From Octopus bimaculoides (lineage: Eukaryota), in NCBI RefSeq assembly GCF_001194135.2, contig NC_068983.1, positions 95,609,765 through 95,657,314 of the forward strand: a stretch of 47,550 bases of DNA, read 5' to 3'. Both the position numbers and the translations under genes were made by a program. The notes beneath the pieces were generated by a model. That model did no database searches. It was not told the DNA's origin and saw only the letters and a program-made list of their open reading frames with translations. This document shows positions 36,616 to 47,550 of the stretch, piece after piece; the first letter of the stretch is position 1; every line of letters begins with the position of its first letter.

Positions 36616-37137
36616 TAGAGATCATCCGAAGGTGCTAGATAGCAGTAGCTTGAGACATAACAAACCTCAAAAATGGGGCCAAAAAGAAAAAAATATAAAC
36701 ACGAGATTTAATTACAAAATGAACAATCAGTATGCTTAGCAGTCATGAATAATATCCGAATTAACAGATAAACCTCCATCAATCAGTTCTCCTTGTTGGT
36801 ATCAGAACACTACTGGATTAAAAGTTACCAATCAGTCTATATAGCTATTAGGTTTAGATACTAGATCAATCTAGTTCCCTCTCAAGCGTTGGTTCAGAAA
36901 GCAATCAGCCAAGCCATCAAGAATAGGTATAGGATACGGATCAGTGTGATTGAATCTGAGCCCACAGTTTTGTTAATCAATACAAATGGCTGTCAAGAGT
37001 AGGTAATAATTGTATGTGATTCAGTTTCATCCTACAGTGCATCAATGAACATATCATGCTAGGATAATGGGTACTAGATCTATTCCTAGACAACAAAACA
37101 CTAATCAGTCAACCTAGCTTTGAGGAATAGGGATCAA

Positions 37138-37182
<45 letters not shown>

Positions 37183-37396
37183 GTTCAGTAGTTTTATTTT
37201 TTTAACGTGCTTTCACTTCACTACCGAGCGCAGCTCTGTGCGCCTTGGGTATGTGCTGTGGTTTGCTGTGGTGCTCTTATGGTTACTGTATTGAAAGTGT
37301 TTTGCGTAGGATGTGTGCTGTGCCCAGTAGTGCAATCTTCTGTATGTTATATATATTTGCAAGTCCTGGTGTTTTTGTTATGTATTTGTCTGAATA

Positions 37397-37400
<4 letters not shown>
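37183..37400 (-). mobile_element. 5'-truncated R4/Dong-type RLE retrotransposon 3' end inside a (TAA)n tract
   Basis: Minus 37399-37283 reads KYSDKYITKTPGLANIYNIQKIALLGTAHILRKTLSIQ*, the QKxxLLGTAHILR terminus of RLE-type ORFs. A 100-nt 3' UTR follows; (ATT)n at 37138-37182 and 37402-37439. Confidence 0.85.
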
Positions 37401-37427
<27 letters not shown>

Positions 37428-37849
37428 CATTATTATTATGAGAGGCATTTTTCTTATGAGTAAGAAAACATATAATCCGTTGTTTTTTTCTTTATAAGTG
37501 TCCTAGTGGTTGTAGATAACGCTATTTCGCCGTTCTTCGGGGCTTCTCAGTAAAGAATAACTTGAAATTAGTTAGTCTATGATCATTCAAAACCTTTACG
37601 AATTATATATATCGATTTTCTTTTCTTCTTTTCTTTTCTTTTCATCCTCTCTTAACAGTGGAGGAAAGGCCTGAAGAGATACAGGCAAGAAAATGAAAGA
37701 CTCAGAGTCATTTAAAATTAAAATTTACATTATACTTGTGAGTCATTTAGTAACATACTCGTCCAATTCAACTCATGATACTTGCACAAATCATAAGATG
37801 CGTATTCATGTACACATAAACATTAGAAAATAAACACGCCCGCCTGCAT

Positions 37850-37904
37850 ATATAACCACACACTACACACACGCAAACAACACAAACTAAACACACACAT
37901 ACAT

Positions 37905-37988
<84 letters not shown>

Positions 37989-38440
37989 ACGCTTGCATAA
38001 ACCATAAACCATTACATACTTATGCCACTCGGATAACAAATGAAGAATGTTTGATGTGGAAAAATAAGTTGCTAAATGTCTTTCTGGTTTCGAATCCACC
38101 TTGGCCCACATATAAATGTCTGATCGCAATTTAACGGTCGTCACACGTTGTGTTTGTGTGTATAGGTATTATATATATCTCTGTACTGTCTACAGAGTCA
38201 TGTTTGTGTGTGTGTGTGTGTGTGTGTGCGTGTTTGCGTGTGTGTGTATGTGTGAATGTATGTGTATGTGTGCGTTTGTATATGCACGTGTTCGTGTATA
38301 TAGCCAAACACGCTTATAAAGAACCTCGTTTCTATTTGATTTTCTTACCGAATGCAACCGATGAAACCGTGCACGCTCAACTATGTGCTGATGTATATTT
38401 ATGTGTATACACATATATGTATACATATATGTCTATATAC

Positions 38441-38518
<78 letters not shown>

Positions 38519-39402
38519 ACACATATATGTATACATATATATATCTATATATATCTATATACACACACATATATGCATACATATATACATATACATAAAT
38601 ACATATATGTATATGCATATGTATTCATATATATATATTGATATATAAGTAGTAATATATGTGTACACACACACACTCACGCACACACACACATATATAC
38701 ATGCGTATATACATATATATACATACATATATATATGTGTATGTGTGTGTGTGAGTGTATGTATGTATGTATGTATTTATGTATGTATTTATGTATGTAT
38801 GTATTTATGTATGTATGTATGTATGTATGTATGTATGTATGTATGTATGTATGTATGTGTATAAGATCCAAGCCTGTTTCATGCATGAAATGATTCCATA
38901 AATCACAGAGCCCGGATGTTAATGCTACAACACCAACTAGTGATAAACAATCCAAGCTGAAAGAAGCAAGAATGCCGTAAATAAACTTAGTTGGTTTCTC
39001 TGAAGATTTTTAGAAGAAAAAGAATACATGAGTAGTGTATGTTCGTTTGCGTGTGTGTGTGTCTGAGTGTGAGTGTGTGTGCGCATGTGTGTGATGGCAT
39101 GTGCGTGTATGTATACATACATACAACGGCACACATGTGCACAGATATATAGATAGATAAAGGAGATATAGTGATATATAAAAAAGACGTAAAAGTCGAA
39201 AATGTTCGTCGACTAGTAATTAAGAACGTTGATGTATTAAAAGTATTTGTGGGTGTATTATTTCGTTATACAATGCAGCAAACATCAGGCTTCAAGGAAA
39301 CAACTGCCATTCTCAAATGTTGATTTAGATTACTATGATGACAACAATTAAAGGAAATGTGTGTGGGGGTATATATATTTATACATATATACATACATAT
39401 AT

Positions 39403-39433
<31 letters not shown>

Positions 39434-39700
39434 NNNNNNNNNNNNNNNNNNNNNNNNNNNNNNNNNNNNNNNNNNNNNNNNNNNNNNNNNNNNNNNNNNN
39501 NNNNNNNNNNNNNNNNNNNNNNNNNNNNNNNNNNNNNNNNNNNNNNNNNNNNNNNNNNNNNNNNNNNNNNNNNNNNNNNNNNNNNNNNNNNNNNNNNNNN
39601 NNNNNNNNNNNNNNNNNNNNNNNNNNNNNNNNNNNNNNNNNNNNNNNNNNNNNNNNNNNNNNNNNNNNNNNNNNNNNNNNNNNNNNNNNNNNNNNNNATA
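37850..39700. repeat. (CA)n/(TG)n/(TA)n/(TATG)n microsatellite blocks and gap 39434-39698
   Basis: Read directly. Confidence 0.9.
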
Positions 39701-39930
39701 TATGAAAACAGCTTCTTCCTTTGTTTTGTTTGTTGTTTGTTGTTTTTATTTGTTATACTTACTGAATGCTAAAGTTGAAAACAGCGACAGAATAGAAAAC
39801 TAAAACCTGAATAAATAACAAAAGAAAAGAAAACCACAGAAAAGAAAAAGATAAGAACGTTATATGATGATGATGATGATGATGATAATGATGATGATGA
39901 TGATGATGATGATGAAGGTGATGGTGATAA

Positions 39931-40122
39931 TAATAGTTTGAAATTTTGGTACAATGTTAACAGGTTTAGGTCGATTACATTGATCCAATACACAACTGAT
40001 ACTTATTTTCGACCCCGAAAAGGATGAAACGCAAAAGTCGACCTTGGCGGTTGTAAAGATGGACGAAATGCCGCTAAGCATTTTGTCCTGCGTGCTAAGG
40101 ATTCTGCCAACTCACAGCTTTA
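39931..40122 (-). mobile_element. SINE family B between (GAT)n and (AAC)n tracts
   Basis: GTCGATTACATTG...TTCGACCCCGAAAAGGATGAAA...GTCGACCTTGGCGG...GCCGCTAAGCATTTTG. Confidence 0.88.
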
Positions 40123-40130
40123 GATAAAAA

Positions 40131-40167
40131 TAATAACAACAATAACAACAACAATAACAACAGCAGC

Positions 40168-40219
<52 letters not shown>

Positions 40220-40288
40220 GCAACAACAACAACAACAATAATAATAATGATAATAACAATAATAGTAATAGTAATTATAATAATAATA
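40131..40288. repeat. (AAC)n/(AAT)n microsatellite abutting the LINE 5' junction
   Basis: Read directly. Confidence 0.95.
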
Positions 40289-42432
40289 AGATACGACCAA
40301 AGAATGAAGGGTTACCAGCTGAATAGGTTATTCAGAGTAGATCAGAAGAGATTCTACAAAGAAATAAATGTAGATATACAGATGCAAAGTTGATACCGGA
40401 TAACATTGAAAGTCAAAGGCTTTGGAGTGACACCTAAAGCAAAGAAAAGGAATACAAGAAGGATGCGGTATAGTTGCAAGAAATGAAATAAACAGTAGTC
40501 TGTCCAAAACAGGCAGAACTAGTCATTTCAGTTAGGGAAGTGAAGGATAGCAGGAAAAAAAAAAAAAAAAGAAATGGGAAACTGGAAGCTCCCGGGACCA
40601 GATGGAGTTGAAGGCTACTGGATCAAAAGATTTGGTGAATGTCATGCACGAATAGCTGCACAACTCACGACCTTGTTCAATACCGACCAAGTAACACCAG
40701 AGTGTTTGCCATTGGGTAGGACAGTGCTGTGCCTGAAAAACATCGAAAGAGGCAATACGGTAGACAATTACAGGCCTATATCCTGCTTGCCACTTACGTG
40801 AAAATTATTGACTGGAATAGTCGCAGAGTAAATATACGGACGTATATTTAAGGGTTGCAAGCATAAATGCAGAGGTACCTAGGATCAACTCCCGTTAGAC
40901 AAAACTGTACTTAGAGACTGCAAGAGGAGGAAAACTAACTTAGCCATGTCATGGATTGATTATCGTAAGACATACAATGTGATTCCACATTCTTAGATTT
41001 TGGAATGTATGAACCTATTTGGTATTGCATCGAATGTTGAGCGACTTTTTGGAAAAAAGTATGGCGAAGTGGAAGGGGGAAATGCCTGTCTCCACTGATC
41101 TTTGTACTGTGCATGATACCACTAACACTGATTCTGAGGAAGCAAAGGATTGATATGTATTCAAAAACCGCCACAAAAAGCCAACAAAAAGCCAACCACA
41201 AAAAGCCAACCACTTGTTATTCATAGATGACCTCAAACGTTATGGTAAAGATGAATCCCAAGTCAGTTCTCTCGTTGATGTGGTGTATACTTTCAGTGCT
41301 GACATCAGAATGGAGTTTGGACTGAAAAAGTGTGGAGTGTTAGTCTTGAAGAGAGGCAAAATCAAATATATCGATGGGCTAGCGATACCGTCGGGGGAGG
41401 TTATGAAGCAGATAGAAGAGACGGCTATAAGTACTTAGGGAGATTGGAAATGAATAAATTGATGGAGAAAGAAATGACAGAAAAAATTTAAGGTGGAGTA
41501 CTTGAGTAGACTGAGACTGATTCTTAAGTCGAAATTAAACGGACTGAATAAGATTGAAGCTATCAACGACTGGCGGATTCACAACTTAGATATGGAGCTG
41601 GAGTAACCGCATAGACAGTAGACGAACTAAACAGCTTAGACAGAAAGACAAGGAAGCTGATGACTAGATACGGGATACTCCACCCAAAAAGTAACACAGA
41701 CAGATTGTATGTACCAAGAAAAGGAAGGGGAAGAGGACAGATTGGATGCGAACACAGCATTAGAGCAAAACAAAACAACATAGCATTGCATTAAAAAATG
41801 CAACAGAAGCACTATTATTGGAAGTAAGAAGGTCAGGCTTGTGTAGGATGGAAGATAGCAAAGATAAAGCCCTGTACAAGCACTTCAGAATGAATGAAAC
41901 TGAAAATAGGTAGATAAAGAAAAGAAAGTATTGACAATTTCATAAGGATGTTGAAGATAAGACAGACAGAGAAAAGAGATGGCCATGGATGACTAGAAGT
42001 GATTTAAAACCAGAAACAGAGGCTCTAATCTGTGCTGCCCAAGAGCAAGCGTTAAGAACCAATTACATCAAATACAGTATAGACAACACATCAGAAAGTG
42101 ATAAGTGCAGAATTTGTGAACAAAATGGTGAAACCGTATGGCATATTACTAGTCAATGTACGCCACTAGCCACGAAAGAATATAGGAGACGCCACGACAA
42201 TATAGCAAGGCTTGTCCATTGGACACTTTGCAACAAATATGAACCTGACAGAGCAAAAAAAGTGGTACGAACATAAACCCGAAGGCATCATCGAAAATGA
42301 TAATGCAAAGATCCTATGGGATTTTATGATTCATTTCGACCAGATATAGGAAACCAGATATAGTGTTAATTGAGAAAGAAAGCAAACGATGCTGGATCAT
42401 ATATATAGCATGCCAAGCTGACAATAAGGAAC
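40289..42432 (+). mobile_element. Decayed R4/Dong-clade non-LTR retrotransposon (RT, CCHC knuckle, partial RLE endonuclease), truncated at both ends
   Basis: Across frameshifts and stops: RYDQRMKGYQLNRLFRVDQKRFYKEIN, NWKLPGPDG, NYRPISCLPLT, CLSPLIFVLCMIPL, LLFIDDLK, EFGLKKC, YKYLG, CRICEQNGETVWHITSQC, RHDNIARLVHW, KPDIVLIEKESKRCWIIYIA. Confidence 0.92.
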
Positions 42433-42433
42433 G

Positions 42434-42513
42434 CGATTCGACTAAAGGCGGTGCTCCAGCATGGCCGCAGTCAAATAACTGAAACAAATAAAAGAGTAAA
42501 AGAGTAAAAGAGT
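42434..42513 (+). mobile_element. Well-preserved SINE family A 3' tail fused to the LINE
   Basis: TTCGACTAAAGGCGGTGCTCCAGCATGGCCGCAGTCAAATAACTGAAACAAATAAAAGAG(TAAAAGAG)2. Confidence 0.9.
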
Positions 42514-42576
42514 ATGAGACGAGACGAGAATTGACTTCTCATAAAGCGACGTAACAAGACTCTGCTATCTTACCCA

Positions 42577-42671
42577 TTGTTGTTGTTGGTCTAGTTGTTG
42601 TTGGTCTAGTTGTTGTTNNNNNNNNNNTTGTTGTTGGTCTAGTTGTTGTTGGTCTAGTTGTTGTTGTTGTT
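42577..42671. repeat. 15-bp tandem repeat GTTGTTGTTGGTCTA spanning a 10-N gap
   Basis: Two units on each side of the gap at 42618-42627. Confidence 0.9.
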
Positions 42672-42756
42672 TCTGTTGTTATTGACATAGGCACAGTTTT
42701 CTCCGACGCTCTAACAAAACATCACCTTAGCAATAACTACAACAGCCATTGAGTTA

Positions 42757-43050
42757 GGTAAGAAACCATCAATTTTTAAGGAAGCGGGTGAGTCGATAAT
42801 ATCAATCTCAGTATTTAACTGGATAAAAAGTAAAGTTGATCTCTGCATGATTTTCACTCAGAACTAAGGCGCCAAAACAAATATTGCAAACCATCTTTCC
42901 GACGTTCCAACGATTCTGCTTGTTCATTGCTCATGATTATTTTCAGTTTAGGCTCATGGAAAGTAGAATTTTTTTCTTTTGTGGGGAAGGCTAAACCGGT
43001 TATATGTACTCCGATATTTGACTGGTATTTTACTTTGTTGATCTTGTAAA
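42757..43050 (-). mobile_element. Two decayed SINE family B copies in tandem (about 42757-42935 and 42962-43050)
   Basis: GAGTCGATAATATC...AAAGTTGATCTC...ACTCAGAAC...AACGATTCTGC; then GTGGGGAAGG...TGACTGGTATTTTACTTTGTTGA. Confidence 0.55.
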
Positions 43051-44099
43051 ATGTTATTTTTTGCCTTATTTTCCTTTTTAAAGGGTGGTCTTCGCTAATA
43101 ATATTATTTATCTTGTTAAGCGGAGCGGGACTGTGAGGGATTGGTCAGGCCCTTCTGTTACTCATTCCACGTGGCAAGATTTTCAAGAAAGAAAATTGTC
43201 TTCAAATTTAAATAGTTTTCAAAATAGCTTCCATACATTCGTCTGTGCCGACTAGTCAGCAGGTGAGGAAGGTGGGGGTATNNNNNNNNNNNNNNNNNNN
43301 NNNNNNNNNNNNNNNNNNNNNNNNNNNNNNNNNNNNNNNNNNNNNNNNNNNNNNNNNNNNNNNNNNNNNNNNNNNNNNNNNNNNNNNNACCACCACCACC
43401 ACCACCACCACCACCACCACCACCGGCATCACCCGCCGCAGCCGCTAGCATCCCTATGACAACAAACTGTAGTAGCTGCAGTAGAGCCTCTACCAACATA
43501 CCAGCAACGAGAGTAGTTACGGCAGAAACAAGAGTAACAACAGTAGTAGCGGCAGTGGAAGTAATGCTAAAAGACATTCATTTACCGAGGTTCCAAAAGT
43601 TTTTGATTTGGGCCTAATTGGGGAAAAAAACATCAGTATCTGGAAGAAGCAGAATAACGCCATTCACCACAAAAATCAAATTAGGAATAAAGGTTATACT
43701 CAAGGTGCCAAAGTTACTTCTAGAGAGATAAGATATAAGACTGGTGATATATTGATGTATATAATTGCAGAGGCGCAGACTGGAGTGGATTTCCTCGGAG
43801 ATAGTAGAACTAGAAACCTTCTAGGAAGTATCAGATTTCGTCACAAGTGTCAGCCTATAGGAAAGCATACGAAAGTATTTTTATTCGGAGACACTGTCCA
43901 AAAGGCACTTCATCACCCCTCGGAGAAGTGATATCAGTTTACTTAGGGCGGAGAGTGATCAGTTTAAAATTGCGAACATACAAGAACTAGCCTTCTAGCG
44001 GGTGAAATTTATTGAGCTGGAGGACACCAGCATGCCACTAGAAGTATAAAAAAATATGAAAGAAATATGAGTTTGGAATGTGATTGGAAATCGTGTTTC

Positions 44100-44720
44100 A
44101 GGCGATACCTGAGACTCTACACAGAGTTTCATGCGAAACAGAGACCTCAGAAGGCTGCAGGCGCTAGTAGAAGATCTATAAAAGGTGGTCAGAAGAGACA
44201 TTGCTATAGATGCACTTATGGCAAGAGAGGCCTTCGACTATATTTCTTCAACGCAAGATACGAAGGCGTCTTTGTGAGGGTAAGTCACGTGGTCTAAGGC
44301 TTGAAGGAACTAAAGTCGCGCTCGATGAGACACGATGTGGCAACAAAACCACAATACGTTCTTTGGTGGACCTTAATGGCCGCGGGCTATTCTATTCTGT
44401 GTGGATGTGTGCGGGTTTTTAGCAGCACAGCTCGAATTTTCGTGACAAACAGAGAGTCAGATTATAGAATGGACTTCAGTGTCTACCTTCGGCAACGAAG
44501 GCGGAATGTTCCGAAAAACTGGTAATAGCCACTGAAATACAGAAAGTGATGAAACAAATTGCACGGGGGACAAATCCTCTAATTTGGATGGTTTGCTATA
44601 CAAATTTTACATTTATATGCCAGACTTGTTCCATTAGATATTTACCGCAAATGGCAGCAGAATTGTAGAGTTTCAATTTCTGTCAATCTAGGAATGGTGG
44701 CACAGCTGAGAAACACTCAA
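44100..44720 (+). mobile_element. Decayed L1/Tx1-clade LINE ORF2 fragment (linker and start of RT)
   Basis: Across frameshifts: NKTTIRSLVD, ECSEKLVIATEIQKVM, GDKSSNLDGLLYKFY-IYMPDLF, DIYRKWQQN. This fits the KSPGxDGxxYEFY motif preceding RT in L1/Tx1. Confidence 0.65.
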
Positions 44721-45247
44721 CACTGAAAATTTTTACTCTAGAACGCTGTTAGAAGAATACTTCCCGGAGACAAGCAGTGTGCAGTGAATCTGACTTTTGG
44801 AAGATGCTCTGATATGTTTTATTATCTCTCGTGTGTGAAACCTCGTCTTATTCGTACTTATCTTGATCTTAGGGTAGCTGAGTGGTTATAGTTTTTGAGT
44901 GAAAGTATTCACTGATTAGGCAATCTAAAATAATGACATAGGATTGGGATTGGCTGCTATAAGGAGTATGGTGATTAGTTGGCATGGTTAAACTATTAAT
45001 TGCCAATTTATCACAATGCAATTGCTTCGTTTTATGCTCTACCAATCACAATACGGAAGCCTCAATCAAATTTATCGCTTATATTTAATTCTATGCACAC
45101 CCACTTGTCATACAGATCAAATCAAATACATCGGTTCAGACTAGGAACGGTGCAGTATTAATAGTTTTCAACGTTTATTCGGCCAACAATACGTAAATGA
45201 AAAACTAGACAAATTATAAAAATATATACATAGATATACCTAAATAC

Positions 45248-45998
<751 letters not shown>

Positions 45999-47135
45999 CT
46001 AAATATTTGGGGGGACCTCTAACACGATTTAACTAATTTATTTAATTTATTTACTTAATCGGTCCTCCAATTTCATAGTAGTGAGAGACTGCAAGACTTG
46101 GAGTCATACTGTATTTGTCTCGACTTCGACTTTGCTTTGACAATTGCTTTTTTTCATTGAGGAATAGTGGCTCATATTGCCATCATATTAGGTACAGCTT
46201 AGTCGCTTGAAAATGATGCGAGATCAAATAGTCATCTCACTATAAATGATAATTGCGCCAAAATTTAATCCACTTGTGAACATATCATCTCATAGTATGG
46301 ATAACAAGTACACGTTTTGTTAGCGTATCAGGTCTAATGTAAGTTTGAGCAATATTCCTGTCAAAAGTCAGGGTTTTGTTAATCTAATGTGTCATGTGTT
46401 AAAATGATCAACAGTTTGCCAGAACAGCTAAAACTAGAGAAGTAGATCATTTACTTATTGGCAAGTATTGTAATTTACATATTTGTATGAATGTGTGTAT
46501 ATTGTTATGCATGTGTTTATGTGTAATGATGTGAAGTAAAGTAGTATAATGTTAAATTTGGAAGACTAAAAATCTTGGTGATGCGTTTGCGACATAAATA
46601 TTCACATAGTGCAATCTAACTGGTAGTATGAAATCGCATTTGTTGCTTATGAATATTGAACCAATTTCTAAATGCATGTTACCTTTGTCCTCTCTTACTT
46701 TTGTTGCATCCATTACGTTTAATGGTGTAAATTAAATTTTTTGATGAACAGGTGAAGTGATATTTTTTACATTGAAAATATATCGTAATTAATTTTTGTC
46801 TTCCATAAATGACAATTCCTATATGTCTACACTTTCATTTATTCATGCTGTGTCCAATGAAGTCAGTAACACTGTTTGCCTTCCCAAGTTGCTTCGTATT
46901 GATACTGGAGGTACGAGGTGGGTTGGTGATAAGGTTAGTAGTGAAAGGAAGAGATGCAAAGTAAGAGATTGTTGTCTTAAATATACGGTGTGGCAGTTTT
47001 AAGTCAACCAAAAAACATCACTGGTTTCTTGGACACCTATTCTTTTACGAGACGTAATATGTGCTATACATACTCAATATTATAAATGAGGTATATGTAG
47101 TGTATCTTAGATATACTATCGAAAGTTATGTCATA

Positions 47136-47169
<34 letters not shown>

Positions 47170-47366
47170 GTTTGCTGTTCTGTTATATGTAGGATCAACA
47201 AAAATAGTCCACCATCCAGTACGTGATAAATATAATTTTATATGCGCAGAATTAAATACGAGCTACTAATAGTTTCATGCAGTAGAAACACAATAATTCG
47301 ACAGACTTATATAACGTACCTTATGTCTCCAAGTTTTTTCTGTATGGACTACTAAACTCAACACGC

Positions 47367-47528
47367 TTTTTTTTCATTCTCTCTCTATTTATTTCCTCTT
47401 ACCTTTCTGTCGAAGAGCGTAGGCTCGAAACGTAAAAGACTTTTTCATTTTTCCCGAGCGTCAAACTAATACACTTGCTTGTTGTTCCTACCTGTCTTCG
47501 TCTTTGTTTTTCTATAAATTTGAACTAT
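47367..47528 (+). mobile_element. Short repeat carrying a hammerhead-like motif, probably a Penelope-like terminal repeat, ending at (TA)n
   Basis: CTGTCGAAGAGCGTAGGCTCGAAACGTAAAAGAC...GAGCGTCAAACTAATACAC...; I recall this as a common octopus repeat. Confidence 0.55.
47403..47438 (+). ncRNA. Minimal type I hammerhead ribozyme-like motif with variant core
   Basis: Stem I CUUU(47403-06)/AAAG(47435-38); core CUGUCGA plus A; stem II GAGC-GUAG-GCUC; GAAA; palindromic ACGU in place of stem III; predicted cleavage after GUA at 47434. Confidence 0.5.
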
Positions 47529-47550
47529 GTATATATATATATATATATAT

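Noticed and set aside
42577-42671. CRISPR-like or functional 15-bp array
   Set aside because: No spacers; it is a GTT-derived minisatellite, possibly doubled across a 10-N gap.
43140-43268. Plus-strand donor CAG/GTGAGG at 43262/43263 near a CCACGTGG box
   Set aside because: Isolated splice motif beside a gap, with no acceptor or open frame to support an exon.
43608-44100. Endonuclease domain upstream of the L1/Tx1 fragment
   Set aside because: I could not find APE motifs (GDFN, SDH) in any frame, so it was left out of the LINE call.

Overview
Eukaryotic, AT-rich, microsatellite-dense genomic DNA with 14 N-gaps, most flanked by simple repeats as in a short-read assembly. The recurring tRNA-derived SINE families match those I recognise from octopus (coleoid cephalopod) genomes; this is recall, not a database search. 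No intact protein-coding gene is supported: most ORFs in the supplied track are translations of microsatellites or gaps, and the rest are TE relics or lack a recognisable motif. The window looks intronic or intergenic. It holds about 35 short interspersed repeats, mostly SINEs (families A, B, E, F are my labels), and decayed R4/Dong, L1/Tx1, CR1, Penelope-like and Tc1/mariner pieces. Most interesting signals: (1) a minimal type I hammerhead-like ribozyme with a variant core at 47403-47438; (2) two same-strand miRNA-like hairpins about 400 bp apart with miR-2 and miR-29 family seeds at 23.1-23.6 kb, both borderline; (3) an inverted triad of a tRNA-Gly-headed SINE at 33.9-34.4 kb; (4) two R4/Dong insertions at (TAA)n tracts, one fused to a SINE tail; (5) a perfect 23-bp inverted repeat and a TE-derived minisatellite near the left end.
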